A program made the translations under genes and the position numbers. The notes under the pieces are model-generated. The model made no database searches. It saw nothing but the letters and a program-made list of their open reading frames with translations, and was not told the DNA's origin. A stretch of DNA of 64,000 nucleotides from Calditrichia bacterium (GTDB taxonomy: Bacteria; Calditrichota; Calditrichia; JAJRVZ01), in the NCBI GenBank assembly GCA_963777955.1, contig CAVZSQ010000021.1, forward strand, positions 96,001-160,000, given 5' to 3'. The stretch's first letter is position 1; the number at the start of each line of letters is the position of its first letter. Of the stretch, positions 8,929 through 19,964 are shown piece by piece.

Positions 8929-10551
8929 ATGAAGAAATATGCAATAAAGATCCCGCATAAACAGGAAAGATTTTCCATGGCAGAACAGCAGACCTTCCGC
9001 ACCCGGTTGAAATCCGAATGGATTCTCATTTTAATTCTGGCCCTGACAAAACTGATAATCCATTTGCTTACCAGTACCAATTATGAACTCCACCGTGATG
9101 AATATCTTTATCTGGCCTTCGCCGATCATCTGTCCTGGGGTTACTTTTCCAATGGTCCGGCCATTGGTTTTTTTGCTCTTATCTTGCAGGTTTTTTCAAA
9201 CACCTCCCTCTTCGCCGTCAGGCTTTTGCCGGCCTTGATCGGTGTGGTTACCGTCAGCCTGGTTTGCCTGCTGGTTAAGGAACTGGGGGGCAAAAGGTGG
9301 GCCATCCTGCTGGCCGGAGCCGCGATTATCCTGGCCCCTGCTTACCTGCGGGTAAACTGGCTATTTCAACCTGTATCATTTGATCTGTTATTCTGGTTAC
9401 TGGCTACTTTTTTTATATTTAAACTTTTGCAGACCGAAAATCCACGATACTGGCTGGTTCTGGGCCTGATCTGGGGTTTGGGATTTCTGAATAAATATTC
9501 CATTGCTTTTTTAGCCTGGGGATTTTTTCTGGCTGTTCTTTTTACGCCAAAACGCAGATTGCTTTTATCGAAATATTTTTTCTACCACCTGTTTATCGGT
9601 TTTGTGCTGATTTTACCAAACCTGCTCTGGCAGTACAATCATAACTGGCCGGTAATTTATCATATGCAGAACCTGCAACACACCCAACTGATTAATGTAC
9701 AAATGATTGATTTCCTGCTGGCGCAACCCTTAATGATTTTACCGGCAGCGCCGCTGTGGATCTGCGGGTTTATATACCTGCTGGCTCACCGCGAGACCGG
9801 TTCGTTGCGCGTGCTGGCTTACACCTTTGTGATCGTGATTATCACCCTGATGCTGTTACATGGCAAGCCTTATTATACCCTGGGTGTTTATTTTGTATTA
9901 ATTGCCGCCGGGGCCGTATATATAGAAAAATTAACCGCCGGTAGAAATATTCTGATCAAGCCGGCAATTTTGATTTTTATGCTGCTCATCATCCTGCCCG
10001 GTCTGCCCTTCAGTTTACCTGTTCTTTCGTTTGACAAAATGGTCGAGTATGGCCAGGACTCGAAAAAATTCGGTCTGGGACAATTTTTATACTGGGAAGA
10101 CGGCCGTGCGCATAGTTTACCCCAGGATTACGCCGACATGACCGGTTGGCAGGAATTAGCCGGAATTGTCAGCTCTACTTATCACGAGCTGGATGCAAGC
10201 GAAAAAGCAGAATGCGTTATTTACGGAGAAAATTACGGCCAGGCCGGATCGGTAAAATATTTTGGTAAAAAAACCGGGCTGCCGGAGCCGGTCAGTTTTA
10301 GCGATAATTTTCTTTTCTGGGCCCCTGATACACTGACCGGGCGGATTCTTATTTATATCAATGACGACACCTCCGGTATCTCCCCTTTTTTCGGATCGGT
10401 ACAGCAAATGGGACGAATCACCAACATTTATGCGCGGGAAAGCGGCCTGACGGTTTATCTGTGCCGTTATCCGAGAAACGACTTTAAAGAATTTTACCAG
10501 AATAAAGTCCGGCGCTTGAAGAGTAATTTCCACAGGTCTTTGACCGAATAA
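8929..10551 (+). CDS. GT-C (ArnT/PMT, GT39/GT83-like) polytopic glycosyltransferase
   Basis: ELHRDEYLY, LSWGYFSNGP, GFLNKYS, LPNLLWQ; many TM segments. Start may be 8977. Confidence 0.85.
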   Translation: MKKYAIKIPHKQERFSMAEQQTFRTRLKSEWILILILALTKLIIHLLTSTNYELHRDEYLYLAFADHLSWGYFSNGPAIGFFALILQVFSNTSLFAVRLLPALIGVVTVSLVCLLVKELGGKRWAILLAGAAIILAPAYLRVNWLFQPVSFDLLFWLLATFFIFKLLQTENPRYWLVLGLIWGLGFLNKYSIAFLAWGFFLAVLFTPKRRLLLSKYFFYHLFIGFVLILPNLLWQYNHNWPVIYHMQNLQHTQLINVQMIDFLLAQPLMILPAAPLWICGFIYLLAHRETGSLRVLAYTFVIVIITLMLLHGKPYYTLGVYFVLIAAGAVYIEKLTAGRNILIKPAILIFMLLIILPGLPFSLPVLSFDKMVEYGQDSKKFGLGQFLYWEDGRAHSLPQDYADMTGWQELAGIVSSTYHELDASEKAECVIYGENYGQAGSVKYFGKKTGLPEPVSFSDNFLFWAPDTLTGRILIYINDDTSGISPFFGSVQQMGRITNIYARESGLTVYLCRYPRNDFKEFYQNKVRRLKSNFHRSLTE

Positions 10552-10581
10552 ACCGGGAATAGTATAGCGGAGGAAAAAATT

Positions 10582-11085
10582 ATGGATACCGACCAGCAAG
10601 GTAAAATAATACTACTGCAGCAATATGCCGATCTGCCCCTCCAGTTAAAAAAAACATTGCATGGTTTATCGGTAAGCGATTACAGCCTGGCCCGCCTGGA
10701 TAATAAATGGACCATCCGTGAAATCGTGCAACATCTGGTCGATACCGACTCCCTGGTTCATATTCTGGTCATGGTGGCTCTGGGAAACTCAGGCAGTGTT
10801 TATGACCAAACGTGGTACAAAGTTGATAATTCCTGGGCGCAGATATTAAAGTATCAGCAGCGTTCTATTGACCTGGCTATCTCGCTGTACAAAGCCAATC
10901 ATCAATCACTGGTCGAGTTGCTTAAAATTCTGCCTGACAGTTTAGAACGGTTTATCGTGTTGCGCCGGGCCAAAGACCCGGCCGGCTCAAAAATTACAGT
11001 CGAACAACTCATTCAGAGCCGTATCCAGCACACCCGGCATCATCTGGCTCAGATTATCGAAACGCGCCGGCAGCATAAAATCTGA
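10582..11085 (+). CDS. DinB/YfiT family protein
   Basis: KWTIREIVQHLVD and C-terminal HTRHHLAQI. Confidence 0.8.
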   Translation: MDTDQQGKIILLQQYADLPLQLKKTLHGLSVSDYSLARLDNKWTIREIVQHLVDTDSLVHILVMVALGNSGSVYDQTWYKVDNSWAQILKYQQRSIDLAISLYKANHQSLVELLKILPDSLERFIVLRRAKDPAGSKITVEQLIQSRIQHTRHHLAQIIETRRQHKI

Positions 11086-11102
11086 TCAATACCCGTTGCT
11101 GT

Positions 11103-11835
11103 TCAGTTCTTTCCGCTCATTACATTCTGGAGCGCTGTCAATTCTCCGGTGCTTAAAAAACGGAATTTTCCCCTGGCCAGCTTCCCCAAACGAAGTGGTC
11201 CGATAGCTGATTCGTACCAGGCGTAAAACAGGAATATTCAACTTTTCCAGGATACGGCGAATCTGCCGGTTTTTCCCTTCATCCAAAACGATTTCCAGCC
11301 AGCCGGTACTTTTGCCGGAGCGGATGATGTGCACCCGTTTGACACCCAATATCCCTGCTGAGACGGTCTCGATGCCCCGGGACATTTTTTGCAGTAAGCG
11401 GGTATCTGGTATCCCCTTAATCTGTACATGATACACTTTATCAAGATGTGAAGCAGGAGCGGTGATACGGTTGGCCCAGTCTGTATCGTTGGTGAACAAC
11501 AACAATCCTTCGCTGGCTTTATCCAGGCGCCCGACGGGTATCAATCTGGGCAAACGGATTTGCTCCAGACATTTATAGACCGTCTCCCGATTTTTCTCAT
11601 CATGAGTGGTGGTGATGAGTCCCCGGGGTTTATTCAGTACCAGATAGCAACTGGCTTCTTTATTGACTGGTTTATCATCTACCTCGAGACGATCAAAATC
11701 AATCGAAATCCTGCGGGCATGATTGCGCACGACCTGCCCGTTAATTTTTACCTTACCGGCATTGATCAGTTGCAGCGCCTGAGCACGGGAACAATAACCC
11801 AGTTTAGATAAGGCACGCGCTAAAGATACCCCCAT
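11103..11835 (-). CDS. RsuA/RluB family rRNA pseudouridine synthase with S4 domain; +1 frameshift near 11209
   Basis: S4 domain, LNKPRG, VGRLDKASEGLLLFTND, EGKNRQIRR; corrected frame reads LVRIAIGPLRLGKLARGKFRFLS. Confidence 0.9.
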
Positions 11836-11853
11836 GGGCGGGAAAAAATATTT

Positions 11854-12642
11854 TTAATCTTCCGACATCATTGCTTTCTTTTTGTAACCGGCAGGTATTT
11901 TAAATAAATTGGCCGGGGCGGCACCATCTTTAAATTCAAGCAGTTCGGTGCTTGAAGAGATGGTTTGACCCATCATCTGATGCTTGGCCACGGAGAAAAC
12001 CTGCACGCCCTTGATTTTTTCTACTTCCTTCATCATTTTTTCCGATCCGCTTTGCATACCCGGCATCGCGGACATAAATGCGGTTGTCAATCTGGCATAC
12101 ATGGCTTTATCAATCTTCAGATCTTCGGTAGCCCAGATCTCGTTGCTCATTGGTCCCATAAAGGTATTCATAGTCATATTATATTTCCTGCAATTCCAGT
12201 TGTTGATTTTTTTTGTCTCGGTCGTGGGTTCTACCGTGATTTCCATTTTCATCATGCCTTGCATCATCCCCTGCATCATTGCCTGGTTTGCCTGGCCCAT
12301 TTGTTCGGATTCTTCATCGTCCTTACCCGCCTCTTTTGCCGCCTGGCTCGTAATATCACCCATGTTCATGGGCATCTCGCTATAAGTTTTCTTTTCATGA
12401 TCGATCATAATTATTTTCTTTTCATCAACCAGCATTATCATTGAACCTTTGGGACTATCCGAACGAATCCCTTTACTGGTAATCCATATCTCGGTGATTT
12501 CATCCGTGGCCGGTTGCTCCTGCCCCATCATCTTCATCCCGTCGGTGTGTTTCTTTTCCTTCATGTAGGTATCGGCCTGCAGCAGATTCACCAGAAATAA
12601 TGCCACTAATAAAATACCTGTTATACTTACGATCCGTTTCAT
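11854..12642 (-). CDS. Secreted DUF4412-like protein
   Basis: Signal peptide; IDHEKKTYSEM, TTETKKINNWNCRKY, EIWAT, LFKIPAGYKK; Met-rich. Confidence 0.75.
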   Translation of the reverse strand: MKRIVSITGILLVALFLVNLLQADTYMKEKKHTDGMKMMGQEQPATDEITEIWITSKGIRSDSPKGSMIMLVDEKKIIMIDHEKKTYSEMPMNMGDITSQAAKEAGKDDEESEQMGQANQAMMQGMMQGMMKMEITVEPTTETKKINNWNCRKYNMTMNTFMGPMSNEIWATEDLKIDKAMYARLTTAFMSAMPGMQSGSEKMMKEVEKIKGVQVFSVAKHQMMGQTISSSTELLEFKDGAAPANLFKIPAGYKKKAMMSED

Positions 12643-12773
12643 TGCGTAATCTCCTTTTTTAATTATAGAATTAAATTAATTCTCTGTTAACAGTTATTCA
12701 AGAAATATAAAATTTGTTCTGTAATTATCCGGTCTTATTAAAAAAATAACCTTAGCAGTTACTACTGCTAAAG

Positions 12774-13317
12774 TCATTTAAAAATTATTTTAGCAGAAGT
12801 ATCCTCACTGTATATTATTTTATGGCCGGGTATCCATCTGCCATTTTGCAGAAATTCGACTTCCGTATGCATCTTACCGTCAGTTGACATGTACGTGCTG
12901 GAACGTACCTCGCTGATACCATTTTGATTACCGGTTACATATTCGTGACTGATGATTTTATTGCCTGCAACTTTCATTATACCGTTGGTATAAAATCCGG
13001 CTGTGGTAAAGTAATAATAAACTACTGTTTGTTTTAATTTATCCCAGTAGATTATAGTCTCGCCACCATACTCGCCATCGTTGACCGAATGCAAAATCCT
13101 GACAGCCTGTCCGTTCAATGTCCTCTCCCAGGTTGAGACATCGTACATTGGTTTTGTCGGCTGTAGTATCGACGAATATACCTTTCCAGGTTTTATTCAT
13201 ATATGGTGCTAAGAATTGCAAATGTTCGTTCAGCGGTTCCTGAGCGGAAACAGATAAAGAAAAAATCAGCAGAAAGAAAAATATTTTTACAGCATACTTT
13301 TGCAGAAGTGTATTCAC
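12774..13317 (-). CDS. Secreted hypothetical beta-rich protein; +1 frameshift near 13153
   Basis: Signal-peptide ORF (13317) joins MYDVSTWERTLNG (13148) when one A is removed (ADKPMYDV). Confidence 0.65.
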
Positions 13318-13460
13318 GAATAATTTCTCCTTTTTAATTTTGCTCTGATGCTTTATCTATTATAACGCTGAATTCCCCGACTTATATTTCCCAACCTGGT
13401 TTACAGCAGTACACCGAAACCCGCTTAAGTTCCACTATAGATTTTTACCGGTTACGGTCA

Positions 13461-14820
13461 TCATATCTCCATGACAGGCAATGGTCTTTTGGTTTTCCAC
13501 ATCCCGCGGGTGAAATCAGGAAATTTTACTGGCGCACTACCCTTGGCGATGGAATGTCCGCTCAATTCGACCACCGCACTGAGCACTGCCGCGTCATATA
13601 CATCAGTGTCCGGTTCAACACCTTTCAACAACGCCTGGACCAGGCGGTAATCTTCCAGATAATCCATTCCACCGTGACCTGCAGCCTCTTTGGTTTTATC
13701 CTCGGTTTGTATCCAGAGAGGATGATTAAATTCCTGCAAATAACCATCAATCTCTTCCCAGGTATGCGGTTCACTTCTTCCCTCAATATATATTTTCGGA
13801 TCCGGATATTTACGTATAATTCCTTTCGTCCCCTGAACCAGGATATCCCGGCTATAAGGCCGGGGTGAATTGGTATCATGTTTCAGAATGACCGTTTCTC
13901 CGTTTACCGTATGAAGCAAAGTGGTCACCACATCACTCAATATAAATTTCTCCTGGGCTTGCGGACTGTTTTCGCCAAACCTGTTTGCGGCATATTGATG
14001 AAGTCCTCTGGTTTTCGAACCAACAGAAACCAGATAATCAAAATAATTACCACGATTGATATCCAGACACTGGGCAATTGGTCCCAGACCATGAGTAGGA
14101 TAAAGATCCCCGTTACGTTTCATGGAGTGAGCCCGGCGCCAAAGACCTTCACCTTCCAGATTATATTTCACTGCTCTTAAGTCATGCAAATATCCACATT
14201 CGGTATGAATTAGTTCACCTAAAACCCCTTTCTTAACCATGTTCAGAATCATCATTTCGAGCTGATCGTAATTGCAATTCTCCATCATCAGACAATATTT
14301 GCCGGTCTGTTCAGATGTTTTAACCAGTTCCCAACAATCATTGAGAGTATAAGCGGCTGGGACTTCAGTAACAGCATGTTTACCATTCTGCATGGCATCC
14401 AGGCACATGGGTACATGCCATTCCCAGGGAGTGGCGATATAGACCAGATCCAGATCCTCCCTGGTACATAAATTTTTATAATCCAATTCTCCCTTGCTAT
14501 ATCCTGCCGGTCTGGCCTGCCCGGCTTTGATCACCATCTCCTGAATTCGTTGTACTTTTTTCTCCACGATATCACATACAGCACGTATCTCCGCACCTTC
14601 AATATTCAGTAAGTTAGAAACATGGGCAGAACCCATCCCCCCTACACCAATAAAACCAATTCGTACTACCGGTAGCGGTGCTGCTATCGGAGATGGAAGG
14701 GCTGGACTTTTTAACATCTGCCTTGAACAGGCATCTACAACCATACTGCCCAGAGCTTAAACCTGCACTAGCAGAAATAGTTTTTTTCATGAAATCCCGA
14801 CGATTATACTTATCTGCCAT
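13461..14820 (-). CDS. Gfo/Idh/MocA oxidoreductase / GH109 (NAD+-dependent alpha-N-acetylgalactosaminidase-like), Tat-exported; +1 frameshift near 14759
   Basis: Tat motif NRRDFMK; GFIGVGGMG, ATPWEWH, EVPAA, MMENCNY, YPTHGLGP, PRPYSR, GHGGMD. Confidence 0.88.
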
Positions 14821-14944
14821 TTTTTGTACCCTCCTTTTTTTACAAATAACTATAAAGCAAAGCAACTGACAAATTGTTTCTGTAACTGTTTAAACAGCTC
14901 GCCTGTTCAATAGAGGCAACCCCGTATTTTGTACCAGAATAAAC

Positions 14945-15406
14945 TTATGGTACGATATCTGTTTTTGTTTCTTTTATTTCCAATTTTAAGGCCACCAGTG
15001 ACTGGTTGATATCCAGGATAAAGGCGATCAGGGAGATGATTAAGGCCAGCATGCATAAACTGAACAAGGCAAAGATCAACCAGGCTACTTCCAGGCGCAG
15101 CAGGGCAGTCAGGAAGATTATGATAATCAGGATGGCTGTGCATAAAACACTGACCGAAGCCAGGTGAATGGACAAACGCATCAAGCGGGCACGTTTCATC
15201 AGGATCTTGACCTGTGCCGACAATAATTCCGGGCTGATCATAGACTTGGCGCGTAGTTCCCGGGCTAAGATGCGGGAACGGTCAATGATACGCCCGAACC
15301 GGTTGGTCATGGTCAGTAACAAAAGTCCTATTCCCGAGATCAGGATCACCGGACCGATGGCTATCTGCAACAAAGGTATTATTTCCTGCATATTGATTTT
15401 ATTCAT
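14945..15406 (-). CDS. DUF2721-like membrane protein
   Basis: AIGPVILISGIGLLLLTMTNRFGRIIDRSR followed by two further TM helices. Confidence 0.8.
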   Translation of the reverse strand: MNKINMQEIIPLLQIAIGPVILISGIGLLLLTMTNRFGRIIDRSRILARELRAKSMISPELLSAQVKILMKRARLMRLSIHLASVSVLCTAILIIIIFLTALLRLEVAWLIFALFSLCMLALIISLIAFILDINQSLVALKLEIKETKTDIVP

Positions 15407-16190
15407 GTGTTTTTCCTTTCCTTCTGGTAAATAAGAGCCCTGACCAGGTTTTATCCACTGCACAAATTTTATAATCGACCAGACCCGAGGCCAGGCCAGT
15501 TTGCCGCACAATTTGTTGAGTCAAATCGGTTTTTATTTTTCCGGTTTTTTTCGGCCAGATGATCCACATTGAGCGATAATCATGGCGTCCGGCCAATTTT
15601 GTTATTTTATTCCGCAACTCCAGACTCGACTTTACGAACCATAAGAGTAAATTGCAGGGTGCCAATCCTGTTTTACTGACGGTTACCTCTTCCGGCAATA
15701 CTCCCAGTTTCTGTATAAAACCGGGCGGCGCCTGGATCAATCCAATTTTCATTTTACCTTTAATGCCCAGTTTCTGTTCCAGCGGTCTTCCGGCATAGCC
15801 GGCAAAAACTGATTCGGGTATATGTGGATTTTCAGGAATACTTTTCAAGCTCCTGCGGATAGACAGGTTTATTGAATCCCAACTGGTGAACAGGGCATCT
15901 GGCAATAGTTTTTTGATCGGTTCGGTTTTCTGCGAATCACCGGCAACAAATATGATAGGGATGTATCTGGTCGATTTATTTTTGCGTAACAGAATTCCCA
16001 GATCACGGCCCTGAGACGGGAGCCGGGATAAATCAATAATAAATACAGCAACCGGATCATTCACTATCCGGCGTATAGCGTCGGCGCCACCAGGCAACCT
16101 GTATGCAACATCAAATTCTTCTTCGTCAATCAGTTTGGCCCGCTGTGCTGCTTCCGCAGTATTCCAGTGGATCAGTCTGATTCTTTTCAT
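15399..16190 (-). CDS. Hypothetical protein: degenerate receiver-like N-domain plus DUF3052-like C-domain
   Basis: VFIIDLSRLPSQG..IPIIFV; C-terminal YAGRPLEQKLGIK..WIIWPKK..GLVDYKICAVDKTWSGLLF. Confidence 0.6.
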   Translation of the reverse strand: MKRIRLIHWNTAEAAQRAKLIDEEEFDVAYRLPGGADAIRRIVNDPVAVFIIDLSRLPSQGRDLGILLRKNKSTRYIPIIFVAGDSQKTEPIKKLLPDALFTSWDSINLSIRRSLKSIPENPHIPESVFAGYAGRPLEQKLGIKGKMKIGLIQAPPGFIQKLGVLPEEVTVSKTGLAPCNLLLWFVKSSLELRNKITKLAGRHDYRSMWIIWPKKTGKIKTDLTQQIVRQTGLASGLVDYKICAVDKTWSGLLFTRRKGKTHE

Positions 16191-16231
16191 AACATTATTT
16201 CGTTTATCCCGGTCAGGCAAAGTAAAAAATA

Positions 16232-16522
16232 TTAACTTTCACCTTCGACCAATACAATATTGGCGCTGGCCGCCTGCCGGCGGTGTTTAGCCAGTTTTTG
16301 ATATGCCGCGGAACGAAACCATCGTAATGCTTCCTGTTTATCGGGAAACTGTATTACGACGGTCCGGCGATAAGGCCAGTCCCCTTCCAGAGTTGTGCTG
16401 TGATCATCGACAGCCAGAACTTCGCCGCGAAAACGATCAAAAACCTGATCGAATCCGGCCAGGTATTTATCATAGCCGGCCTGATCATGAATATTTATCT
16501 GGGCAATGAAAAAACATTTCAT
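16232..16522 (-). CDS. DUF1330 domain protein
   Basis: LEGDWPYRRTVVIQFPD..WFRSAAYQ..IVLVEG. Confidence 0.85.
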   Translation of the reverse strand: MKCFFIAQINIHDQAGYDKYLAGFDQVFDRFRGEVLAVDDHSTTLEGDWPYRRTVVIQFPDKQEALRWFRSAAYQKLAKHRRQAASANIVLVEGES

Positions 16523-16584
16523 CGCAGCGGCTCCTCATCTGATTATTATGCTGACATTATTTTAAATCCTGGTTCTAATTATAA

Positions 16585-17238
16585 TCATCCTTTACACAAT
16601 GCTAAAACACTCGTAAATAAATCCGGTTGCGGAGATTCAATGTTTTTTGCCTCGCCCGACATGCTCTTAAATTCAATCTTATGGGCATGCAGCATCAGGC
16701 GCGGAAATCCTTTTTGTACATTTTTTTCTCCGTACCTGAGATCGCCGACGACAGGATGGCCCAGATTATATAAATGCACCCGGATCTGATGTCGCCGGCC
16801 GGTGTGGGGATAAACATTCAACAATGTATAGTTTTTATATCTTTCCTGAACCTGATAGGAAGTTAAACACTCTTTTCCTGTTTGCCAGTCTACCGCCATA
16901 CGCCCCGAACCGTACTGGCGCAGGGGCATGTTTATCCCGCCGCTTTCTCTGGCCAGCAGGCCGTGCACCAGCGAGATGTATGTTTTTTTTACCAGTCGTT
17001 GATTGAATTGTTCATTGAGCGAACGATGGGCCGCAGGATTTTTGGCAAAGAGTATAACACCGCTTACCTCTTTATCCAGGCGATGGACTACATATATTTT
17101 ATACGGATACAGTTTGGTTAAATCGCTCAGCAAAGATTGCTGCTCAATGCGGCGCTCTGGAATAGCGGCCAATCCTGCCGGTTTGTCAACCGCCAGGATA
17201 TCATCATCTTCGTATAAAATAAGATCACGTGCAGGCAA
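16585..17238 (-). CDS. RluA family RNA pseudouridine synthase
   Basis: ILYEDDDILAVDKPAGL, VHRLDKEVSG, TGRRHQIRVHL, GHPVVGDLRYG, RLMLHA. Start uncertain (TTG 17238 chosen; ORF open to 17286). Confidence 0.9.
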   Translation of the reverse strand: MPARDLILYEDDDILAVDKPAGLAAIPERRIEQQSLLSDLTKLYPYKIYVVHRLDKEVSGVILFAKNPAAHRSLNEQFNQRLVKKTYISLVHGLLARESGGINMPLRQYGSGRMAVDWQTGKECLTSYQVQERYKNYTLLNVYPHTGRRHQIRVHLYNLGHPVVGDLRYGEKNVQKGFPRLMLHAHKIEFKSMSGEAKNIESPQPDLFTSVLALCKG

Positions 17239-17245
17239 GTTACCA

Positions 17246-18796
17246 TCATTTTCTGGAACTACCCAATATCCCACCGAGTACTCCACGTAAAATTTGACGG
17301 CCTAATGTGCTGCCCACAGTCCGTGCTGCACTTTTAGCCAGTGACCCGAAAATATCTGCGGTTTGTCTTGCTTTACGCTGCTCTTCCCGGGCGCGCCAGC
17401 GTGCCTCCTGCTCAGCCCTTTTTTGCTGCATCGCGTCTAATTTAGCCTGTTCCTTCATCCGGGCGGCAGCCTCTTTTTCATCTTCCTGCTGCAGTTTTTC
17501 CTGCTGCACTTGTTTGGTCAGCATTTCATAGGCTGATTCACGGTCTTCATGTTTTTCATAAAAACCATAGAGCACCGATCCTTTGATCAGTGTTTGCCGT
17601 TGGTCAGGGTTGACGGGTCCAATCTGGCTGAAAGGGGGTACAATCAAAACCCGCTCCACCATTCCGGGAATACCTTTTTCATCCAGAAAGGAGGTCAAGG
17701 CCTCGCCGACACCCAGTTGACTTATCACCGCTTCGGTGCTGAATTTCGGATTTTGACGAAAAGTGTCCGCGGCGGTCTTTACCGCTTTTTGATCCAGGGG
17801 TGTAAAGGCGCGCAGCGCGTGCTGTACCCGGTTGCCCAATTGACCCAGAATTTTCAAAGGAATATCTATCGGATTTTGCGTACAGAAATATACACCCACT
17901 CCTTTAGAACGGATCAGGCGTACCACCTGTTCGACCTTTTCCAGCAAGGCTTCGGGCGCTTCGTCAAAAAGCAGATGAGCCTCATCGAAGAAAAACAGCA
18001 ATTTGGGTTTTTCCAGGTCGCCGACTTCAGGCAATTGCTCATACAATTCAGAGAGCAACCACAATAGAAACGTGGCATAGAGTTTAGGTGAGGTCATCAG
18101 GTTATCAGCAGCCAGTATGTTGATCATGCCCTGGCCATTACTATCAGTCTGGATCAGATCCATCAAATCCAGGGCCGGTTCGCCAAAAAATTTATCACCC
18201 CCCTGTTGTTCCAGGGTCAGTAGACCGCGCTGGATAGTGCCCACGCTGGCCGCCGATATATTACCGTACTGCGTGGTAAATTGTTTGGCATTATCCCCCA
18301 CGTACTGTAGCAGGGAACGCAGGTCTTTGAGGTCGATCAGCAGTAATCCGTTATCATCGGCAATTTTGAAAGCGATCATCAATACACCGGCCTGGACATC
18401 ATTCAGGTTCAGCATGCGCGACAGCAGCAAGGGTCCCATTTCGGATATGGTGGCACGCAGCGGATGGCCCTGCTCGGCAAAAACATCCCAGAAAGTTGCC
18501 GGGCAGGAATTAAAAGTATAACCTGATATACCCAGTGTTTTCAAACGATCAATAATTTTAGGATTTTGTTCAGAACCGCGCTGGCTGATTCCGGATAAAT
18601 CACCTTTAATATCGGCCATGAATACCGGAACGCCGATTTTACTGAAACTTTCGGCAATCTTCTGCAAGGTGACGGTTTTTCCGGTTCCGGTGGCTCCGGT
18701 TATTAAGCCATGACGGTTGGCCATATGCGGAAGGATCAATTGTTCGATGCCTTTCTGCGCCGGAGGTGTTTTACCAATTAAAATAGGATTTAACAT
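17246..18796 (-). CDS. HerA/FtsK-like ATPase of YjgR (DUF853) family
   Basis: [53 protein letters not shown]. Confidence 0.92.
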   Translation of the reverse strand: MLNPILIGKTPPAQKGIEQLILPHMANRHGLITGATGTGKTVTLQKIAESFSKIGVPVFMADIKGDLSGISQRGSEQNPKIIDRLKTLGISGYTFNSCPATFWDVFAEQGHPLRATISEMGPLLLSRMLNLNDVQAGVLMIAFKIADDNGLLLIDLKDLRSLLQYVGDNAKQFTTQYGNISAASVGTIQRGLLTLEQQGGDKFFGEPALDLMDLIQTDSNGQGMINILAADNLMTSPKLYATFLLWLLSELYEQLPEVGDLEKPKLLFFFDEAHLLFDEAPEALLEKVEQVVRLIRSKGVGVYFCTQNPIDIPLKILGQLGNRVQHALRAFTPLDQKAVKTAADTFRQNPKFSTEAVISQLGVGEALTSFLDEKGIPGMVERVLIVPPFSQIGPVNPDQRQTLIKGSVLYGFYEKHEDRESAYEMLTKQVQQEKLQQEDEKEAAARMKEQAKLDAMQQKRAEQEARWRAREEQRKARQTADIFGSLAKSAARTVGSTLGRQILRGVLGGILGSSRK

Positions 18797-18872
18797 ATGG
18801 TTTTACATCCTTTACTGATTAATCTGCCTTTCGGATAGTATTCAATCATACGTTCAGACAGAACAGGCTTAA

Positions 18873-19806
18873 TCAAATTAATATTTTTTCTACCATTTTC
18901 TTGTATTTCCAAAACAACATGAAACTTACTACGGAAATCATGGCCATACCCAGGATGATCCAGAAAGCAAAGGGATGTCCCTGCAATGGGAATTTTCACA
19001 TTCATGGAAAAGGCGCTGACCACGAGAGTCGGTACCATGATCGCGATCGTGATTATATTCAGGGTCTTCATTAAAATGTTCAGATTATTGCTGACAATTG
19101 ATACGCGGGCATCCATCATGCTGGCCAGAATATTGGAATAAATTTCCGCCTGACGATAACACTGGTTATTCTCGATAATGATATCTTCCAGGTATTCAAT
19201 GTGCTCCTGGGTGAATCCAACCTTATTGACATTAAGTTTCAGTTTCTCCAGCAGGATTGTATTGAAATTGATGCTGTTCAGATAATAAACCAAACTTTTT
19301 TCCAGCGTAAACAGATTTAACAGATAGCGGTTTTCCATCGAGGTATTGATCTTGCTTTCCAGGGATTCGGATACCATGTTAATGATCTTAAGGTGTTCAT
19401 TAAAATGATTAATGACTGTATAGATCAGGCGCAAACAGACATCCATATGCGAAGAGAGTTTACTAAAATGTTTACCGACAAACAGCTGGATATCTTCGGA
19501 CAGCACTATGATCAATCGCTCTTTAAACAGATACAGACCCATTGAACCGACGCGAAACATGAATTGATCTTTTGCCGAGTAATTCTTCGGAATTTTCAGG
19601 ATCATGGCGATATGTTCAGGTTCAAATTCCAGACGCGATTGCTCATCCGGATCGGTGGCCGAATCCAGGGTATGTTCGTCTAATTTCAGCTCGTCAATTA
19701 AAAATCTCTTCTCATTATCCGTGAGTTTGATATAAACTTCTACCGGACCTGCATTATCAGCAGATTCTGCTATGCGTCCGTTGGAAATCTGATATTTTTT
19801 CAACAT
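18873..19806 (-). CDS. corA: CorA family divalent cation transporter; +1 frameshift near 18989
   Basis: DPDEQSRLE, SNNLNILMKTL, PTLVVSAFSMN; corrected frame gives second TM FAFWIILGMAMISVVSFMLFWKYKK. Confidence 0.85.
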
Positions 19807-19964
19807 AACTCTCTCCAATCAGAGTCGTTGCCTGGTAACATCTATTAGAATTACTATAATATAATCAGAAATTAATTACCGGTACATTGCGAAAAATATT
19901 TTTAATGAGCATCCGGAATCGGAAGTATTTTTGAAAAATATAAATATGGTCTGTTGTAAAAATT

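Noticed and set aside
11965..12444. His-rich 159-aa plus-strand ORF
   Set aside because: Antisense shadow of the Met-rich DUF4412 gene (ATG reads as CAT).
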